Part shown: one piece after another, positions 38,227 to 41,918 of the stretch
Position numbering within the stretch: position 1 is the first letter of the stretch
Layout: each line of letters starts with the position of its first letter
DNA from: Caldisphaera sp.
Lineage (GTDB): Archaea; Thermoproteota; Thermoprotei_A; Sulfolobales; Acidilobaceae
NCBI GenBank assembly: GCA_049971805.1
Contig: JBMFKU010000011.1
Span: forward strand, 1-41,918
Length of the DNA: 41,918 nucleotides
Reading direction: 5' to 3'
Notes under the pieces: generated by a model
Told to the model about the DNA's origin: nothing
Seen by the model: only the letters and a program-made list of their open reading frames with translations
The model's database searches: none
Program-made: the position numbers and the translations under genes

Positions 38227-39255
38227 TCAAACACCGTTAACAACGTTTTCAGGCTTTTCTCCATTTAAAACCTTTACCACATTTTCTATAGAAACAGAAA
38301 TTATCCTTGCCCTTGTATCAGTATTTGCACCTGCAATGTGAGGTGTTAAAATTAAATTAACGTTTGGGTTTTTTCTTAAAAGCGAAACAAGGGGATCGCC
38401 CTCATCTGGTGGTTCCTTAATAAACACATCTATTGCTGCACCTCCTATAATACCGTTTTCTAAGGAATTCGCTAAAGCTTTTGCATTAATTAGTTCCCCC
38501 CTAGCAGGATCTATGAAAATTGCTCCAGGTTTCATCATCCTGAATTCTTTTTGAGAAATCATGTTTCTAGTTTCATTTGTTAATGGTACGTGTACTGAAA
38601 CTATGTCTGAATCCCTTAAAAGCTGGTTTAATGGCTTGTAAGAAACATTTAGTTCCTTTTCGCTCTTTTCATCACTGAACTTATCGTAATAGATTACTTT
38701 TACGTTAAAGGGGATGAGCCTTTTAGCCAGTTCTTTTCCCTGTCTGCCTAAACCAATAATACCCCAAGTTTTTCCATATAAATCGTAAGTCCCCATATCC
38801 ATAAGTTCCCATTGCAACCACTTACCTTCTTTTATACCATTATTTGCTAGGATGAGTTTCTTCAATAAAATTAAGGCAACTGCTATAGTATATTCAGCAA
38901 CAGATAATGAATTTGCAGCCCCAATATTAGCAACTGGTATCCCTTTTTCCCTACATGCTTCTATATCTATGTGATCAAATCCTGTTGAAGGCTGCTGCAA
39001 TAGCTTTACGTTGCCAAACATATCACAAATTTTTCTATCTATTTTAATTTGCATTGTATGGTCTCCTATAACAACATCAGCCTTTCTTAACGCCTCTCCA
39101 ATTTTTTCCATATCAGATATGTCTGCAAACACTTCTATATTAATGCCTTTTTTCAATTTGTTTGCATAGGGCTCAAACAAAGACTGGTAAAATGCCTTAG
39201 GAAGGGGGTCTAGAACAACTACATTAAAGTTCTCTCCAGACAATTTCCTCACCAT
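38227..39255 (-). CDS. D-isomer-specific 2-hydroxyacid dehydrogenase (glyoxylate/hydroxypyruvate reductase-like)
   Basis: STGFDHID, GLGRQG, HVPLT, ARG, DVF..EP and TPHIAG. Confidence 0.92.
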   Translation of the reverse strand: MVRKLSGENFNVVVLDPLPKAFYQSLFEPYANKLKKGINIEVFADISDMEKIGEALRKADVVIGDHTMQIKIDRKICDMFGNVKLLQQPSTGFDHIDIEACREKGIPVANIGAANSLSVAEYTIAVALILLKKLILANNGIKEGKWLQWELMDMGTYDLYGKTWGIIGLGRQGKELAKRLIPFNVKVIYYDKFSDEKSEKELNVSYKPLNQLLRDSDIVSVHVPLTNETRNMISQKEFRMMKPGAIFIDPARGELINAKALANSLENGIIGGAAIDVFIKEPPDEGDPLVSLLRKNPNVNLILTPHIAGANTDTRARIISVSIENVVKVLNGEKPENVVNGV

Positions 39256-39559
39256 ATATTAATATTAGTATGAAATATAAAACGTTATTGGATACAAAAA
39301 TAAATCCTTTAAATTATAAATACTATAAAATTAATGAATTTATATAATCAAATTATTTGCTGAGCATAAAATTCTTTTTCTTCTCTTCTTTACTTATCAT
39401 GTTTATTTAAAAAATTGGTGGTAAAAATCCTCGAAATAAGTAGAGGGAAGCTTTTGAAGAGTATTAACTTCTTGCTTGATAAAATTAAAGAAGGCAACTA
39501 TATGCAGTTTATTTAACAAATCTAACAAACATCTTTTATTTTACTAGCATATCAATAAT

Positions 39560-39759
39560 ATTAACAGAGATACTCTTCGCATCATACCTTCTAAAGCCAT
39601 TCGGTATTATTCTAGGAGCTAAAAATGATTTGAATTGGTTTACAACTGTACCAATTATAAGTGCTTATATGTTTATCATATTAGGTAATATTTGGATCAT
39701 TTTTATGTTCTATTGCTAGTGGAAAATTTGAAATCAAACTTCCAAGTAGAACTACATGA
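39560..39759 (+). pseudogene. YeeE/YedE (thiosulfate transporter) fragment
   Basis: Frameshifted hydrophobic fragment ending IFGSFLCSIASGKFEIKLPSRTT*, resembling the YeeE G.F..A..SGEF...P motif; lies next to a TusA/YeeD relic. Confidence 0.55.
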
Positions 39760-39764
39760 TGAAT

Positions 39765-39996
39765 ATGGTTGATATAGTATTGATAGTAAAGGTCTAGCTT
39801 ACCAGAACCTATAACAGAACTAATAAAGGCATACAAGAAATCAAAGAATGGAGATAAAATAATATTATATGCAACTGATCCAGGAGTTAAGGCAGATTCT
39901 AAAGCATGGTGCGATAGAACAAAAAATAAACTGGTAAGCATAGAAGAAGAAAATGGGGTGTTTAAAGTAACAATAGAAGTAATAAGTAAAAAATAA
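39765..39996 (+). pseudogene. TusA/YeeD-family sulfurtransferase, frameshifted
   Basis: MVDIV/IDSKGLA/PEPITELIKAYKKSKNGD.I...ATDPG...D..AWC.RT.N. Two single-base deletions, one of which destroys the CPxP Cys codon. Confidence 0.8.
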
Positions 39997-40159
39997 TTTT
40001 CATTTTATCATTAGCAAAAATAAACTTAAACCTAATAATTTTTTCTATTTATATAGAAATACATGATTTATATCAAAAATATACATAGAGAAAAAATTTT
40101 TATTTGTATGAACTTAAAAATAATTTAATTCTTTTAGGCTTAAAACATAGTGATGTGAC

Positions 40160-41032
40160 ATGGGTGAAATTAAGGAAATTGTTGATAATAATTGGTTGTT
40201 ATCCCATTTAAAGGATGATAATGTAAGAGTTGTCGAGGTAGATTATGATCCAACAACAGCATTTAATATTTGGCACATACCTGGCTCAGTATTAATAAAA
40301 TGGAGAGAAGATTTGAGGCATAAAGTATTAAGGGACTTTTTAGAGCCAAAGGAGTTTGAAGAATTGATGGAATCAAAAGGTATTAATAATGATACTATAG
40401 TAGTGCTATATGGGGATTATAATAATTGGTTTGCAGTATATGCTTTTTGGTTATTCAAAGCGTATGGCCATGATGATGTAAGAATTTTAAATGGTGGTAG
40501 AACAAAATGGGCTAAAGAAAATTTACCCATAGAAAAAGGTAACGTTGAGACTAAATACAACAAAGGAAATTATAAGATTAAAAAACTTGACTGGGGAAGC
40601 AATAGGGTATTTTTCTGGGAATTACTGCAAAAAGTAACTAAAAACGAAGTAGGTAAGACAACTTTTCTAATAGACGTAAGATCTCCAAAGGAATTTACTG
40701 GAGAGATTAGGGCACCGCCAGAATATGCAGATGAGCAGACACAAGTTGGAGGACATATACCAGGTGCCATAAATTTCCCATGGTCTCAGGCAGTAAACCC
40801 TGAAACTGGAGAATTCAAGAGCAAAGAAGAACTTGAAAGATTATTTGAAAGCTCTGGGATAAGAAAAGATAAAGAAATTATAACTTATTGTAGAATAGGT
40901 GAAAGAGCTTCACATACTTGGTTTGTTTTAAAGTACATATTGGGGTATCCTTCTGTAAGGGTATATGATGGATCTTGGGCGGAATGGGGAAACATTGTTG
41001 GAGCTCCAATAAAGAAAGGTGCTGAACCTTAA
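40160..41032 (+). CDS. Thiosulfate/3-mercaptopyruvate sulfurtransferase (tandem rhodanese, SseA/CysA type)
   Basis: HIPG occurs twice; DVRSP.EF.GE, active site YCRIGER and YDGSWAEWG. Confidence 0.95.
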   Translation: MGEIKEIVDNNWLLSHLKDDNVRVVEVDYDPTTAFNIWHIPGSVLIKWREDLRHKVLRDFLEPKEFEELMESKGINNDTIVVLYGDYNNWFAVYAFWLFKAYGHDDVRILNGGRTKWAKENLPIEKGNVETKYNKGNYKIKKLDWGSNRVFFWELLQKVTKNEVGKTTFLIDVRSPKEFTGEIRAPPEYADEQTQVGGHIPGAINFPWSQAVNPETGEFKSKEELERLFESSGIRKDKEIITYCRIGERASHTWFVLKYILGYPSVRVYDGSWAEWGNIVGAPIKKGAEP

Positions 41033-41286
41033 TGAAAATAATAGACAAAATCAAAATAAATAAATTTGAAGGTTGCGGCAATAAGAATCCATTAATCATT
41101 ATGCAGGAGTCCATTAAGAAAATTAAAAATTGCGACGAAGGGGTAGAATTAGAATTTAACGATTATGATTGGCTAATAAGTATAAAAGATATTTTAAAAA
41201 TAATGCAACAAGATATAAAATTAAAAATAATAGAAAATCGTATAGATAATGGTTATATTTCTTTAGATGTCGTGGCAGATTGTTAA
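41032..41286 (+). CDS. Small protein, possibly a divergent TusA/SirA-like sulfur carrier
   Basis: 84 aa; GCGNKNP near the N-terminus; start overlaps the rhodanese stop. Confidence 0.5.
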   Translation: MKIIDKIKINKFEGCGNKNPLIIMQESIKKIKNCDEGVELEFNDYDWLISIKDILKIMQQDIKLKIIENRIDNGYISLDVVADC

Positions 41287-41436
41287 ATCTAAAATTCTTA
41301 AACGAATTATTTAACTAATATTTTTACATAAGATGTTTAAAATAAAATTGTTTAAAATTTAAAAGCTACAACTAATAATTTTTTATATAAATATATGTTA
41401 GAAAGGAAAATATAATAAAATGTTAGACCGTGATAA

Positions 41437-41538
41437 GCACCAAGGCTAGCGATGAAGTTTGCCAAGGCATTTGACTGCGATCGCATGATCATGGAATACA
41501 CGTCACTATACAGGGAAGTTGTTAGAGAAAAAGACTAA
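41437..41538 (+). pseudogene. C-terminal fragment of a GT4 glycosyltransferase
   Basis: RLAMKFAKAFDCDRMIMEYTSLYREVVREKD* matches the GT4 terminal helix (F.W..i...y..lY); higher GC than its surroundings. Confidence 0.55.
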
Positions 41539-41585
41539 ACATGGTCTTAACGACTAGTCTTAGGTAGTAGGGAGCGGTAAAAGAG

Positions 41586-41918
41586 TTGAGGGTAGTTCAC
41601 GTAGTTCACAACTATTGGCCTGTAGTGGGCGGGATTGAAGGCGTAGTCAAGGGCTTAGCTGAAGGCATGACTAAACGCGGGCACGAAGTTCATGTGATAA
41701 CAAGCAACTACAGTAGTAAAGGAAGGATCAAGGAGGAGGTGGTCGAAGGAGTCCATGTCCACAGGATTAAGTCTGTCAGGTTTGTCTTCCCCGACTTGAC
41801 TTATCCACTTGATGTGCCTAGGGAGCTGCTTAAGTCAGCTGATGTACTGCATGGACACAGTCAGAACAGCCTGTTCACAGTAAAAATGATAGAAGAGGCG
41901 AAAAGTCTCAGTGCTAAA
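41586..41918 (+). CDS. GT4 family glycosyltransferase (partial, runs off the window)
   Basis: TTG start; MRVVHVVHNYWPVVGGIEGVVKGLAEGMTKRGHEVHVITS...DVLHGH; open to the window end. Confidence 0.9.
   Translation, partial: MRVVHVVHNYWPVVGGIEGVVKGLAEGMTKRGHEVHVITSNYSSKGRIKEEVVEGVHVHRIKSVRFVFPDLTYPLDVPRELLKSADVLHGHSQNSLFTVKMIEEAKSLSAK

Noticed and set aside
2217-41114. Many short antisense or overlapping ORFs in the track (e.g. 2217-2654, 9562-10086, 24906-25310, 34088-34363, 39681-39941)
   Set aside because: They are shadows of well-supported genes or pseudogenes on the other strand, with no motifs or RBS.
41429-41476. C/D-like pattern with repeated CCAAGGC
   Set aside because: The boxes are poor, and the sequence reads better as a GT4 C-terminal coding fragment.
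1-41918. CRISPR array, provirus or conjugative plasmid
   Set aside because: No regularly spaced repeats, cas genes, integrase, relaxase, capsid genes or att duplications were seen; the VirB4-like ATPase is explained by the Ced locus.

Overview
AT-rich archaeal chromosomal segment. Gene content (AGOG, ThiDN, Hjc, Ced, BHB tRNA intron) and GGTGA-type ribosome binding sites suggest a thermoacidophilic crenarchaeon, probably Acidilobales/Caldisphaera-like (inference). Most of it is housekeeping and metabolism: hjc, sufCBD, kdpABC, class I and class II fumarases, uppS, thiL, AGOG, rps8e, speE, rpl2, thiDN, glmS, a GH31 glycosidase and a rhodanese. The centre of the window holds a compact Ced-type DNA import locus (cedA1-cedA-cedB). 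Its CedA begins with a copy of the pilin motif and carries a large inserted extracellular beta-domain, and its ATPase is unusually compact. Features missed by the ORF track include a double-guide C/D box sRNA, tRNA-Thr(GGU), tRNA-Pro(CGG) with an 18-nt intron at the non-canonical 32/33 site, two decayed IS607 copies, IS200/IS605 end relics, a yyaL relic, decayed yeeE/yeeD (thiosulfate uptake) genes, and the start of a higher-GC glycosyltransferase island at the right edge. All assignments come from motif recognition by eye; no database searches were run.
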